Of a stretch of 64,000 bases of DNA, positions 1-12,287 are shown one piece after another. Each line of letters begins with the position of its first letter. The stretch's first letter is position 1. The DNA lies in assembly GCF_044324785.1 (NCBI RefSeq), contig NZ_CP172127.1; one strand, 5' to 3'. Position numbers and translations under genes: made by a program. The DNA comes from Escherichia coli (GTDB lineage: Bacteria; Pseudomonadota; Gammaproteobacteria; Enterobacterales; Enterobacteriaceae). Under the pieces are notes generated by a model. That model was given only the letters and a program-made list of their open reading frames with translations, did no database searches and had not been told where the DNA came from.

Positions 1-1322
<1,322 letters not shown>

Positions 1323-1488
1323 TTAAAAGATAACATGACAATGCATGATGAATATAACAACATATGATGTTATGTAATGTGGAGGAAGATCACAAAATTT
1401 CGCACAGGATCGCGCTGTGGCTAATGGATGTAGTTATCAAATTGAATTTAAAGTGAAAATATTTTTACGGGCGGGGGCAAGAAGGACA

Positions 1489-1525
1489 TAGAAACAAATA
1501 CGCCCTCGGAAAATCCAGAGGGCGT
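1489..1525 (-). terminator. putative intrinsic terminator downstream of yhfL
   Basis: Inverted repeat acgccctc / gagggcgt (1500-1507 / 1518-1525); on the minus-strand transcript it is followed by a U-rich run. Confidence 0.4.
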
Positions 1526-1565
1526 CGGGCAATTAAACCGGTGTTAGCCGATTTCTGTCAGAGAC

Positions 1566-1733
1566 TTACTGTGCAGTAGGACCGCAACCGCCAATGATTT
1601 TAGAAATAGAAATTGCCGGGTGCAGCAGGTAGTCGTAAGAGCAGTTCTTATCACGGTTTTCAATATGACCAGTACATGCAGTTAACGTAGCCAGTACCGC
1701 ACCTACCAGTGCAACTTTAATAAATTTGTTCAT
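1566..1733 (-). CDS. yhfL: small lipoprotein, 55 aa
   Basis: Manual translation MNKFIKVALVGAVLATLTACTGH...GGCGPTAQ; signal peptide with lipobox LTAC; below the 60-aa cutoff of the ORF track. Confidence 0.7.
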   Translation of the reverse strand: MNKFIKVALVGAVLATLTACTGHIENRDKNCSYDYLLHPAISISKIIGGCGPTAQ

Positions 1734-1979
1734 TTACATTCCCTATGTATTATATATTGATTAATATTCATTGTTTATATGAATATAAGCAGACTGCTCA
1801 TTAAGAACGATACAGGAATATTTAATTGGCGTCAGTGAGTGAATGGCTTAATTTTGTAAGTCGCTGTAACGGTGAATATAACCCATTAGCAGATAATATT
1901 TATTAAGGGGTTATGTTTTATTTGCTGAATATATAAAAAGAGTCATTAAGAAGGCCAGAATTCTCTGGCCCGGGTTACA

Positions 1980-3353
1980 TTAATGGTTGGAGAACCAGTT
2001 CAGTTTATCGCGCAGGCCAACAACCCGACCAATAATAATTAGCGATGGACTGTTCATTTGCTGCGCTAGTTCGCCCAGCTGTGTGAGCGTACCGTCAATC
2101 ACGCGCTGCGTGACTGCTGTTCCGTTTTCGACAATTGCCACCGGCATTTCGCCAGGCATACCGTGTTCAATCAGCTTTTGCTGAATGGTCGCGGCCTGAT
2201 TCAGCCCCATATAGAACACCAGCGTCTGTTTTTCTGCCGCCAGGTTTTCCCAGTCCAGCTCGCCACCGGTTTTTAAGTGTCCGGTAATTAAGCGTACGCT
2301 CTGGGCATAATCGCGATGCGTGAGCGGAATACCCGAATAGGCAGAGCAACCAGAAGCTGCGGTAATACCCGGAACCACCGAGAACGGAATACCCGCGTTG
2401 CACAGTGTTTCCAGCTCTTCGCCACCACGGCCAAAAATAAACGGATCGCCACCTTTCAGCCGCACCACGCGTTTGCCTTTTTGCGCTTCCCGCAGCAGGA
2501 TCTGGTTTATCTCTTCCTGCGGTACGCAGTGGTATCCCGCGCGTTTGCCGACGAAAACGCGATCAGCATCGCGGCGTACCAGATTCATAATATCGTCAGA
2601 AACTAGACGGTCGTAGACCACCACATCTGCCTGCTGAATTTGTTGCAGACCTTTCAGTGTCAGCAGCCCGGCATCGCCCGGACCTGCGCCAACCAGCACC
2701 ACTTCACCGCGATGGTCGAGCGGTTCGTTGATTAACTGTTCGGTCGTTTCAGTAATGGCTTTCTGATCGTTGTTTGCCAGCGACTGCGCCAGACGGTCAT
2801 TAACGAACAGTTTTTCCCAGAAACGGCGACGTTCACCCATTGTTGCGAACTGTTGTTTCACTCGACCGCGTAATTGCCCGGCGTATTTCGCTACCTGGCC
2901 CAGATGCAACGGCAGCAGTGATTCAAGTTTTTCACGCAACAGGCGTGCCAGAACCGGAGAGGTGCCGCCAGAGGAGACCGCGACCATGAGCGGTGAGCGG
3001 TCAATAATCGACGGCATAATAAAGCTGGCGGCTTTCGGCGCATCGACCACGTTACAGAAGATGCGACGAGCTTCAGCGGCTTCACTGACGCGCTGGTTAA
3101 GCGCGTCATCATCCGTCGCAGCAATCGCCAGCCAGCAGGTGTCGAGAAGGCTTTCATCAAATGGCCCTTCGACGAGGGTTAACATGCCTGCATCTGCCCA
3201 TGCGGTGAACTGCGGAATAAACGCTAATGCATTCACCGTTAAGCGAGCGCCTGCGTCTAACAGTAACCTTGCTTTGCGTTCCGCGACATCACCACCGCCG
3301 ACAATCAGACAGTCGCGATCGCGTAATTGGCAAAATATAGGCAAATGATCCAC
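1980..3353 (-). CDS. cysG: siroheme synthase (uroporphyrinogen-III methyltransferase / precorrin-2 dehydrogenase / ferrochelatase)
   Basis: 457 aa ORF, N-term [31 protein letters not shown]; length and sequence match CysG. Confidence 0.95.
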
Positions 3354-3371
3354 GTAAAAACCCCTTAGTAA

Positions 3372-4178
3372 TTAACCGGCAGCTGTTTCAGTTTGATTAA
3401 ATTTGTCCGCAACCGGACGATTCGCTTTCGGCGTAGCATACCAATAACCCAATCCCATGAATACGGCACCTGATAAAGTATTACCCAGCGTCACCCACAG
3501 CAGGTTATGACCAATACCCGCCAGCGTGTAGGCTTCGCTGTGGTTGCCAAACCAGGAGAGGGCGAACAGCGTCATGTTAGCGATGGAGTGCTCGTAGCCG
3601 GACGCGATAAATGCCAGCAGACACCACCAGATAGCGATAAATTTCGCCGCCCCTTCAGTGCGCAGCGCCATCCAGATAGCCAGGCAAACCAGCCAGTTAC
3701 ACAATGCACCTTTGAAGAACAGTACCATTGCCGGTGCAGTGGTTTTAGCCAGCGCGACGGAGTGAACGATGCTGGTATCTACCGGCAGCAGGCTACCGCC
3801 ACCCCAGCTATAGAGCATGGCAACGAAGACGGAACCGACCAGGTTACCCAGCCAGGTTTGCGGCAGGATTGCCCACATTTGCCCGTGGCTGATAGTGCCT
3901 GCTTTCACCCCAAAGGTGAGGAACATGGTGTGTCCGGTGAACAGTTCAGAACCAGCAATAATGACCAGCGTTAAGGCGATACCAAAGGTCGCACCCATCA
4001 CCAGAGGACGTACGGACGGATCGAGCAAATTACCGAGCGTGAAAATCAGGATGATCCCAAGACCCACATACGCCCCCGCCATGGCGGAGCTGACCCAGAA
4101 GCCGAGCGGGTTATTTGCCGACAGGCGTGCAATGCGCGCAGCGTTAGCCGCACACTTATTAATAGTGTCTGTAAACAT
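3372..4178 (-). CDS. nirC: nitrite transporter (FNT family)
   Basis: 268 aa ORF, multi-TM; position between nirD and cysG. Confidence 0.93.
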   Translation of the reverse strand: MFTDTINKCAANAARIARLSANNPLGFWVSSAMAGAYVGLGIILIFTLGNLLDPSVRPLVMGATFGIALTLVIIAGSELFTGHTMFLTFGVKAGTISHGQMWAILPQTWLGNLVGSVFVAMLYSWGGGSLLPVDTSIVHSVALAKTTAPAMVLFFKGALCNWLVCLAIWMALRTEGAAKFIAIWWCLLAFIASGYEHSIANMTLFALSWFGNHSEAYTLAGIGHNLLWVTLGNTLSGAVFMGLGYWYATPKANRPVADKFNQTETAAG

Positions 4179-4270
4179 TTGATTATCCTTAAAAAAATAA
4201 AAACAAAAAAATAAAACAAAAAGTTTAAAAAATGTCCTGCAATATACCGAAGGTTATTACAGGACCATGC

Positions 4271-4294
4271 AAAAAGGGGAGGCATTGCGCCTCC
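4271..4294 (-). terminator. hairpin plus U-run immediately downstream of nirD (possible intra-operon attenuator)
   Basis: ggaggc-attgc-gcctcc inverted repeat at 4278-4294, followed on the transcript by UUUUU (plus 4271-4275) and a long U-rich tract before nirC. Confidence 0.35.
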
Positions 4295-4304
4295 TGTTAA
4301 AACA

Positions 4305-4631
4305 TTAACCGCGCAGCTGTACCACGCCGTCTTTCACTCGTGCTTCGTAGTGCTTGACGGAAAACTGTTCGTCTTCCATGCACAAGCCGTCGCTTAAGCG
4401 AAAACGCTGTTTTTTCAGCGGGCTGGCGACCCACAGCTCGCCCTGATGTTCCGCAATCAGCCCGCGTGACAGCACGCTGGACTCGAAGAACGGATCGATG
4501 TTGCTGATCGCAAACACCTGGTCGCTGTGATATGGGCGGAAAATCGCGACCTGCTCGTCACCTAACAGCGCGCAGACGCCGGTTTCAGGCAGGATGTCAT
4601 CGATTTTGCAGATGTCTTTCCACTGGCTCAT
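4305..4631 (-). CDS. nirD: nitrite reductase small subunit (Rieske-like)
   Basis: 108 aa ORF MSQWKDICKIDDILPETG; 4-nt overlap with nirB stop. Confidence 0.95.
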   Translation of the reverse strand: MSQWKDICKIDDILPETGVCALLGDEQVAIFRPYHSDQVFAISNIDPFFESSVLSRGLIAEHQGELWVASPLKKQRFRLSDGLCMEDEQFSVKHYEARVKDGVVQLRG

Positions 4632-7171
4632 GCGTTGTCCTCCACCAGAGTTACCGGGATACGTTCATACGGCGTTGCCGGACGGTGCTGTTCGCGCTCT
4701 GGCACCATCTGCACGTTCGGGTCACGCTTGTCGCTGTTGATGAAGTGTTTGAAGCGAGTCTGCGCAGACGGCGTATTGACCGTTTCAGTCCACTCACACA
4801 CTACCGCTTCACGCAGGCGCGCCATCTCTTCTTCCAGATGAGCGTTCAGCCCCAGTTTGTCGTCAATGATCACCGCTTTCAGGTAATCGATGCCGCCTTC
4901 GAGGTTTTCTAACCACGGTGCGGTACGCGTCAGTTTGTCGGCAGTACGGATGTAGAACATCATGAAGCGGTCGAGATATTTGATCAGCGTTTCGCGATCG
5001 ATATCCGCCGCCAGCAGATCCGCATGACGCGGTTTCATGCCGCCGTTACCGCAAACATACAGGTTCCAGCCTTTTTCAGTGGCGATAATACCCACGTCTT
5101 TACCCTGAGCTTCTGAACATTCACGGGTACAGCCGGAGACACCGAACTTCATTTTGTGCGGCGTACGGATGCCTTTGTAGCGGTTTTCCAGTTCCACGCC
5201 GAGGCCCACGCTATCGCCCACGCCGTAGCGGCACCAGGTGCTACCCACGCAGGTTTTCGCCATACGCAGTGCTTTCGCATAGGCATGACCGGTTTCGAAG
5301 CCGGCTTCAATCAGCTGACGCCAGATCTCCGGCAGATCGTCTTTCTGTGCGCCAAACATCGCCAGGCGCTGGGAGCCGGTGATTTTGGTGTAGAGATTAA
5401 ATTCACGCGCGATACGACCCACCGCCATCAGCCCTTCCGGGGTGATTTCACCGCCCGGAGAACGCGGGATCACCGAGTAGGTGCCGTCTTTCTGGATGTT
5501 AGCGAGGAAGTTATCGTTAGAATCCTGCAGCGGAGTATGTTCCGGCTTCAGAATGTATTCGTTCCAGCAGGAGGCCAGCAGCGAACCGACGGTCGGTTTA
5601 CAAACTTCACAACCGTAGCCTTTGCCGTGTTTCGCCAGCAGTTCTTCGAAGGTTTTAATGCCTTCAACGCGGATTAAATGGAACAGTTCCTGACGCGAAT
5701 AAGCAAAGTGTTCGCACAGGTTGTTGTTAACTTCGATGCCCTGTTTCGCCAGTTCCGCGTTCAGTACCTGAGTGACCAGCGGGATACAGCCACCGCAGCC
5801 AGTACCCGCTTTGGTTTCAGCTTTCAGCGCCGCAACGGTGTGGCAGCCTTTGTTGATAGCAGCAATCAGGTCGCCTTTGGTGACGTCGAAGCAGGAGCAG
5901 ATTTGCGCGCTGTCCGGCAGTTTATCAACACCGATAGACGGCTTACCGCTACCAGAGTGCGCCGGCAGAATCAGAGAATCCGGGTTTTCCGGCAGCTCGA
6001 TAGCGTTCAGCACCAGTTGCAGCAGGTTACCGTAGTCGCTGGTATCGCCCACCAGTACCGCACCGAGCAGGGTTTTGTTGTCTTCGCTGACAATCAGGCG
6101 TTTGTAGATCTCTTTGCTTTCGTCGAGGTAAACGTAGCTACGTGCGCCAGGCGTGCGACCGTGCGCATCACCAATACCGCCTACGTCTACGCCCAGCAGT
6201 TTCAGCTTGGCGCTAAGGTCAGCACCTTCAAAGGCGTTTTCGCTGCCAAGAATATGGTCAACGGCGACCTGCGCCATTTTGTAGCCTGGTGCTACCAGAC
6301 CAAATACACGGTTGTTCCAGCTTGCGCATTCACCGATGGCGTAGATATCCGGATCGGAAGTCTGGCAGGAATCATTTATGACGATACCCCCACGCGGAGC
6401 AACGTCCAGACCACACTGGGTTGCCAGCTTATCGCGCGGACGGATACCGGTAGAGAAGACGATAAAGTCGACTTCCAGTTCGCTGCCGTCGGCAAAACGC
6501 ATGGTTTTACGCGCTTCAACACCTTCCTGCACAATCTCAAGGGTGTTTTTGCTGGTGTGAACGCGCACGCCCATACTTTCGATTTTGCGACGCAGCTGCT
6601 CGCCGCCCATCTGATCAAGCTGTTCCGCCATCAGCATAGGGGCAAATTCGATAACGTGGGTTTCAATACCTAAGTTTTTCAGCGCGCCAGCGGCTTCCAG
6701 ACCTAACAGGCCGCCGCCAACAACGGCACCACGTTTGCTGCGACGGGCGCAGGATTCAATGGCGTTGAGGTCTTCAATGGTGCGGTAGACAAAGCAGTCC
6801 TGGGTATCAGAACCTTTAATTGGCGGGATCCACGGGTAGGAACCGGTCGCCATGATCAGCTTGTCATAAAAAACGGTGCGCCCGGCGCTGGAGTGAATCA
6901 CCTTCTCCTGACGGTTGATGGTGATAGCGCGTTCGCCGACCAGAACTTTGATACCGTGTTTCTCGTAGAAGCCTTCGCGCACCAGCGACAGCTCTTCGGC
7001 GGTGTGGTGAGAGAAGTAAGACGAGAGGTGTACGCGGTCATAAGCGATGCGCGGTTCTTCACAGAAAACGGTAATATCAAAGTTGGCCGCATCAGATTTA
7101 TCAAGAAGATCTTCGATAAAGCGATGGCCGACCATACCGTTACCGATAATTGCGAGTCTGACTTTGCTCAT
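4628..7171 (-). CDS. nirB: NADH-dependent nitrite reductase large subunit
   Basis: 847 aa ORF, N-term MSKVRLAIIGNGMVGHRF (FAD/NAD Rossmann); length matches NirB. Confidence 0.97.
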   Translation of the reverse strand: MSKVRLAIIGNGMVGHRFIEDLLDKSDAANFDITVFCEEPRIAYDRVHLSSYFSHHTAEELSLVREGFYEKHGIKVLVGERAITINRQEKVIHSSAGRTVFYDKLIMATGSYPWIPPIKGSDTQDCFVYRTIEDLNAIESCARRSKRGAVVGGGLLGLEAAGALKNLGIETHVIEFAPMLMAEQLDQMGGEQLRRKIESMGVRVHTSKNTLEIVQEGVEARKTMRFADGSELEVDFIVFSTGIRPRDKLATQCGLDVAPRGGIVINDSCQTSDPDIYAIGECASWNNRVFGLVAPGYKMAQVAVDHILGSENAFEGADLSAKLKLLGVDVGGIGDAHGRTPGARSYVYLDESKEIYKRLIVSEDNKTLLGAVLVGDTSDYGNLLQLVLNAIELPENPDSLILPAHSGSGKPSIGVDKLPDSAQICSCFDVTKGDLIAAINKGCHTVAALKAETKAGTGCGGCIPLVTQVLNAELAKQGIEVNNNLCEHFAYSRQELFHLIRVEGIKTFEELLAKHGKGYGCEVCKPTVGSLLASCWNEYILKPEHTPLQDSNDNFLANIQKDGTYSVIPRSPGGEITPEGLMAVGRIAREFNLYTKITGSQRLAMFGAQKDDLPEIWRQLIEAGFETGHAYAKALRMAKTCVGSTWCRYGVGDSVGLGVELENRYKGIRTPHKMKFGVSGCTRECSEAQGKDVGIIATEKGWNLYVCGNGGMKPRHADLLAADIDRETLIKYLDRFMMFYIRTADKLTRTAPWLENLEGGIDYLKAVIIDDKLGLNAHLEEEMARLREAVVCEWTETVNTPSAQTRFKHFINSDKRDPNVQMVPEREQHRPATPYERIPVTLVEDNA

Positions 7172-7229
7172 TTTTGCCTCGATTTCTTTTCTATTACCGC
7201 CTACCTTAACGATTCAGCAACCCCGCTTA

Positions 7230-7243
7230 TTGATGTAAATCAA
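7230..7243 (-). promoter_or_regulatory. FNR binding site of the nirB promoter (about -41.5)
   Basis: Perfect TTGAT-N4-ATCAA palindrome ttgatgtaaatcaa centred about 65 bp upstream of the nirB ATG. Confidence 0.8.
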
Positions 7244-7256
7244 ATTCACCTTTATA

Positions 7257-7272
7257 TACTCCTTAAGGGGTA
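7257..7272 (-). promoter_or_regulatory. NarL/NarP 7-2-7 heptamer pair of the nirB promoter (about -69.5)
   Basis: TACTCCT-ta-AGGGGTA inverted heptamers (TACYYMT consensus) centred 28 bp upstream of the FNR site centre. Confidence 0.75.
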
Positions 7273-7432
7273 TATTGCTGATTTGTATAAATTTTCTTAA
7301 GTCACGGAATTGTCTGACATTTCATGTTTGTGCAAAAAACAGACAAAATGAACGGGTTTATAGAAATAGATGTACGTAGCAGGGTAAGAGAGGAAAAGGC
7401 CGGACGACGATAGCGCCGCCCGGCATGAGCAA

Positions 7433-8614
7433 TTAATGAGAGGTCAGGGTGTTATGCTGACGGTGACGGCTGACGAAACCTAACAGGAAGCACATCACAA
7501 AGACGACAGCGTACAGACCGTTTGCTGTAAGCAGTGCCGCCTGCGGACCGCTATGTTCAACAATCGGGCCGGTAACCACAAAGGTCAACATAGTACCGAT
7601 GGTCCCGCAGGTCAGGACAAAGTTAACCAGTTTTGGCGACGGTACTTTGGTCTGCTGTGAACCCAGGGTGATGATGGTGGTATAGATCGCGCTGGAGAAG
7701 AAGCCCAGGGCGAGAATTGACCACGCCATATGTGCCGGTGTTCCGGTGTTAAAGACGTACATCAGAATCGCAGCCAGACCAGCCAGTACGGTCAGGATAC
7801 GTTGCAAATCAAAGAAGCGAAGAATAAAGCTGAACGCCCACATGCCGACCATATATGACATCCAGAAGTTACTCACCAGCGTGCCCGCGTCGTTCAGGCT
7901 CATGCCCAGGCCTTTGGCATACTCCGGCACCCAGGAGATAAAACCTAACTGACCGAGGATGTAGCACAGCGCCGCAACAGAGAGAAACAGCACGCCGATC
8001 CCCCATTTTTCTTTCACTACCGGAGCATCCGTTTTTGGCGCATGTTTGCCCAGCGCCGGGAACTCACAACCGAAGGTCAGAATAAAAATAGCGACATACA
8101 CCAGCCCGATGCAGGCATAAACCCAGTACCACTCAATGCTGCGCGCCAGTAGAAACGCGGCGATCATTGGGAAAATCATCCCAGCCATACTGAAGAAGGA
8201 GTCGGTAAATAACAGGCGGGAACCGCGCTGACGCCCTTCATACATTTGTGTTATCAGGAATGTACCAATCGACATGGTGATGCCGCTGACCACCCCGAGA
8301 ATGAACATCGCCGCCGAGAACAGCGCCAGGCTGTGGCTGAACATCAAACCGGCAACCGCCAGCACCATCAGGAGAAAGCCAAAACGTAACTGCGTTTTCA
8401 ACGGGACGATTTCCATCAGCCAGGCGTTGAGGAAGATAGAGATTAAAATGCCGGCGTTGAGGAAGGTGAAGGTATTACTCATACTGGAAACAGGCAGATT
8501 GAAATAATCGGCGATATTTCCCATCACCATCCCGGTGACAATAACCAACGCACCGGTCAGTGCGTAGGAGAGAAAGCTAATCCATGTGAGCTTGATGCGA
8601 TTGCTGTTAGTCAT
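7433..8614 (-). CDS. tsgA: MFS-family membrane protein TsgA
   Basis: 393 aa [24 protein letters not shown], 12-TM pattern. Confidence 0.9.
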   Translation of the reverse strand: MTNSNRIKLTWISFLSYALTGALVIVTGMVMGNIADYFNLPVSSMSNTFTFLNAGILISIFLNAWLMEIVPLKTQLRFGFLLMVLAVAGLMFSHSLALFSAAMFILGVVSGITMSIGTFLITQMYEGRQRGSRLLFTDSFFSMAGMIFPMIAAFLLARSIEWYWVYACIGLVYVAIFILTFGCEFPALGKHAPKTDAPVVKEKWGIGVLFLSVAALCYILGQLGFISWVPEYAKGLGMSLNDAGTLVSNFWMSYMVGMWAFSFILRFFDLQRILTVLAGLAAILMYVFNTGTPAHMAWSILALGFFSSAIYTTIITLGSQQTKVPSPKLVNFVLTCGTIGTMLTFVVTGPIVEHSGPQAALLTANGLYAVVFVMCFLLGFVSRHRQHNTLTSH

Positions 8615-8875
8615 GATTGGCCTGCGTTCAAAAATAAAATGGCATAGCGGGATATGCCGCGAGCGGGCGATTTTAGGTGATTTTGTGATCTGTTTAAATG
8701 TTTTATTGCAATCGGTTGCTAAATTGCATTTTAAGAGGTGATTTTGATCGCAGAATAAAAAGTGATCGTCAGGTTACATATATTTCAGATACGTAAAATT
8801 AGGTAAAGGGATGGCCTTGTTCTTGAAGGCTATTTAGAATCTCTTCACTTGCTTTTTTTCTGCTCTGTTTGTTAA

Positions 8876-9457
<582 letters not shown>

Positions 9458-9465
9458 TGATTTCT

Positions 9466-9494
9466 CGCGCGGGCAATCTTGCCCGCGCTTCTGC
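9466..9494 (+). terminator. putative ppiA terminator hairpin
   Basis: cgcgcgggc-aatctt-gcccgcgc stem-loop 9 bp after the ppiA stop; weak T-run. Confidence 0.45.
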
Positions 9495-9561
9495 TCTCCC
9501 GGCGTAACCCGGATTTGCCGCTTATACTTGTGGCAAATGGACACGTTCAGGGAGGCATCAA

Positions 9562-9729
9562 GTGAAGAAACTCACCGATAAGCAAAAGTCCCGTCTCTGG
9601 GAACTTCAGCGTAATCGTAATTTCCAGGCCAGTCGCCGTCTTGAAGGCGTCGAGATGCCTTTAGTCACTCTTACTGCCGCAGAGGCTTTAGCGCGCCTTG
9701 AAGAGCTGAGGAGGCACTATGAGCGATAA
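9562..9729 (+). CDS. yhfG: small protein YhfG (antitoxin-like partner of Fic), 55 aa, GTG start
   Basis: Manual translation [55 protein letters not shown]; overlaps the fic start by 11 nt. Confidence 0.7.
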   Translation: MKKLTDKQKSRLWELQRNRNFQASRRLEGVEMPLVTLTAAEALARLEELRRHYER

Positions 9730-10321
9730 ATTCGGCGAAGGGCGCGATCCGTATCTTTATCCTGGCCTTGATATCATGCGTAACCGGCTGAACATCCGCC
9801 AGCAGCAGCGGCTGGAACAGGCCGCTTACGAAATGACGGCGCTGCGTGCTGCGACCATTGAGCTTGGTCCGCTGGTGCGCGGTTTACCGCATTTGCGCAC
9901 TATCCATCGCCAGCTGTATCAGGATATTTTCGACTGGGCAGGGCAACTGCGTGAAGTTGATATTTATCAGGGCGATACGCCGTTCTGCCACTTTGCCTAT
10001 ATCGAAAAAGAGGGCAATGCCCTGATGCAGGATCTGGAGGAAGAAGGTTATCTGGTTGGCCTGGATAAAGCGAAGTTCGTCGAGCGGCTGGCACATTACT
10101 ATTGTGAAATCAACGTGCTGCATCCCTTCCGTGTGGGAAGCGGACTGGCACAGCGGATCTTCTTCGAGCAGCTGGCGATTCATGCGGGCTACCAACTGAG
10201 CTGGCAGGGTATCGAAAAAGAGGCCTGGAATCAGGCAAATCAGAGTGGGGCAATGGGGGATCTCACCGCGCTGCAGATGATATTTAGCAAAGTGGTAAGC
10301 GAAGCCGGGGAATCTGAGTAA
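9719..10321 (+). CDS. fic: Fic-family protein (adenylyltransferase)
   Basis: 200 aa ORF; Fic motif [12 protein letters not shown] present. Confidence 0.93.
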   Translation: MSDKFGEGRDPYLYPGLDIMRNRLNIRQQQRLEQAAYEMTALRAATIELGPLVRGLPHLRTIHRQLYQDIFDWAGQLREVDIYQGDTPFCHFAYIEKEGNALMQDLEEEGYLVGLDKAKFVERLAHYYCEINVLHPFRVGSGLAQRIFFEQLAIHAGYQLSWQGIEKEAWNQANQSGAMGDLTALQMIFSKVVSEAGESE

Positions 10322-10352
10322 AATAGCGCGGTTCTTTCGTACCGGAGCCGCC

Positions 10353-10916
10353 ATGATCCTGCTTATAGATAACTACGATTCTTTTACCTGGAACCTCTAC
10401 CAGTACTTTTGTGAACTGGGGGCGGATGTGCTGGTTAAGCGCAACGATGCGTTGACGCTGGCGGATATCGACGCCCTTAAACCACAAAAAATTGTCATCT
10501 CACCCGGACCCTGTACGCCAGATGAAGCCGGGATCTCCCTTGACGTTATTCGCCACTATGCCGGGTGCTTGCCGATTCTTGGCGTTTGCCTCGGTCATCA
10601 GGCAATGGCGCAGGCATTTGGCGGTAAAGTTGTGCGCGCCGCAAAGGTCATGCACGGCAAAACCTCGCCGATTACACATAACGGTGAGGGCGTATTTCGG
10701 GGGCTGGCAAATCCACTTACCGTGACACGCTACCATTCGCTGGTGGTGGAACCTGACTCATTACCAGCGTGCTTTGAAGTGACGGCCTGGAGCGAAACCC
10801 GCGAGATTATGGGGATTCGCCATCGCCAGTGGGATCTGGAAGGTGTGCAGTTCCACCCGGAAAGTATTCTCAGCGAACAAGGACATCAACTGCTGGCTAA
10901 TTTCCTGCATCGCTGA
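10353..10916 (+). CDS. pabA: aminodeoxychorismate synthase glutamine amidotransferase subunit
   Basis: 187 aa [22 protein letters not shown]; class-I GATase catalytic Cys in GVCLGHQ. Confidence 0.95.
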   Translation: MILLIDNYDSFTWNLYQYFCELGADVLVKRNDALTLADIDALKPQKIVISPGPCTPDEAGISLDVIRHYAGCLPILGVCLGHQAMAQAFGGKVVRAAKVMHGKTSPITHNGEGVFRGLANPLTVTRYHSLVVEPDSLPACFEVTAWSETREIMGIRHRQWDLEGVQFHPESILSEQGHQLLANFLHR

Positions 10917-10986
10917 TTTCTGATTGCTATTAAGTGATTTTTTATGCATATTTTGTGATTGTAATTTCATGTTGGTTTATGCGTAA

Positions 10987-12225
<1,239 letters not shown>

Positions 12226-12287
12226 GACGCATCAGGCAAAAGATGTCGGATGCGGCGTGAACGCTGTATCCGATGGTTTAGCCTGCA
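12226..12287. repeat. REP/PU (BIME-like) element between argD and yhfK
   Basis: gacgcatcaggc ... tgtcggatgcggcgtgaacgctgtatccgatgg closely resembles the GCCGGATGCGGCGTGAACGCCTTATCCGGCCTAC palindromic unit. Confidence 0.7.

Noticed and set aside
1764-1786. 8 bp inverted repeat atattcat-N7-atgaatat upstream of yhfL, sharing ATTCAT with the chiA palindrome
   Set aside because: Short arms in very AT-rich DNA; the similarity to the chiA element is limited to a hexamer and is likely chance.
5678-6673. 331 aa plus-strand ORF antisense to nirB
   Set aside because: Lies entirely inside the well-supported nirB frame; its translation is low-complexity with no recognisable domain. Long antisense frames are a common artefact of codon-biased genes.
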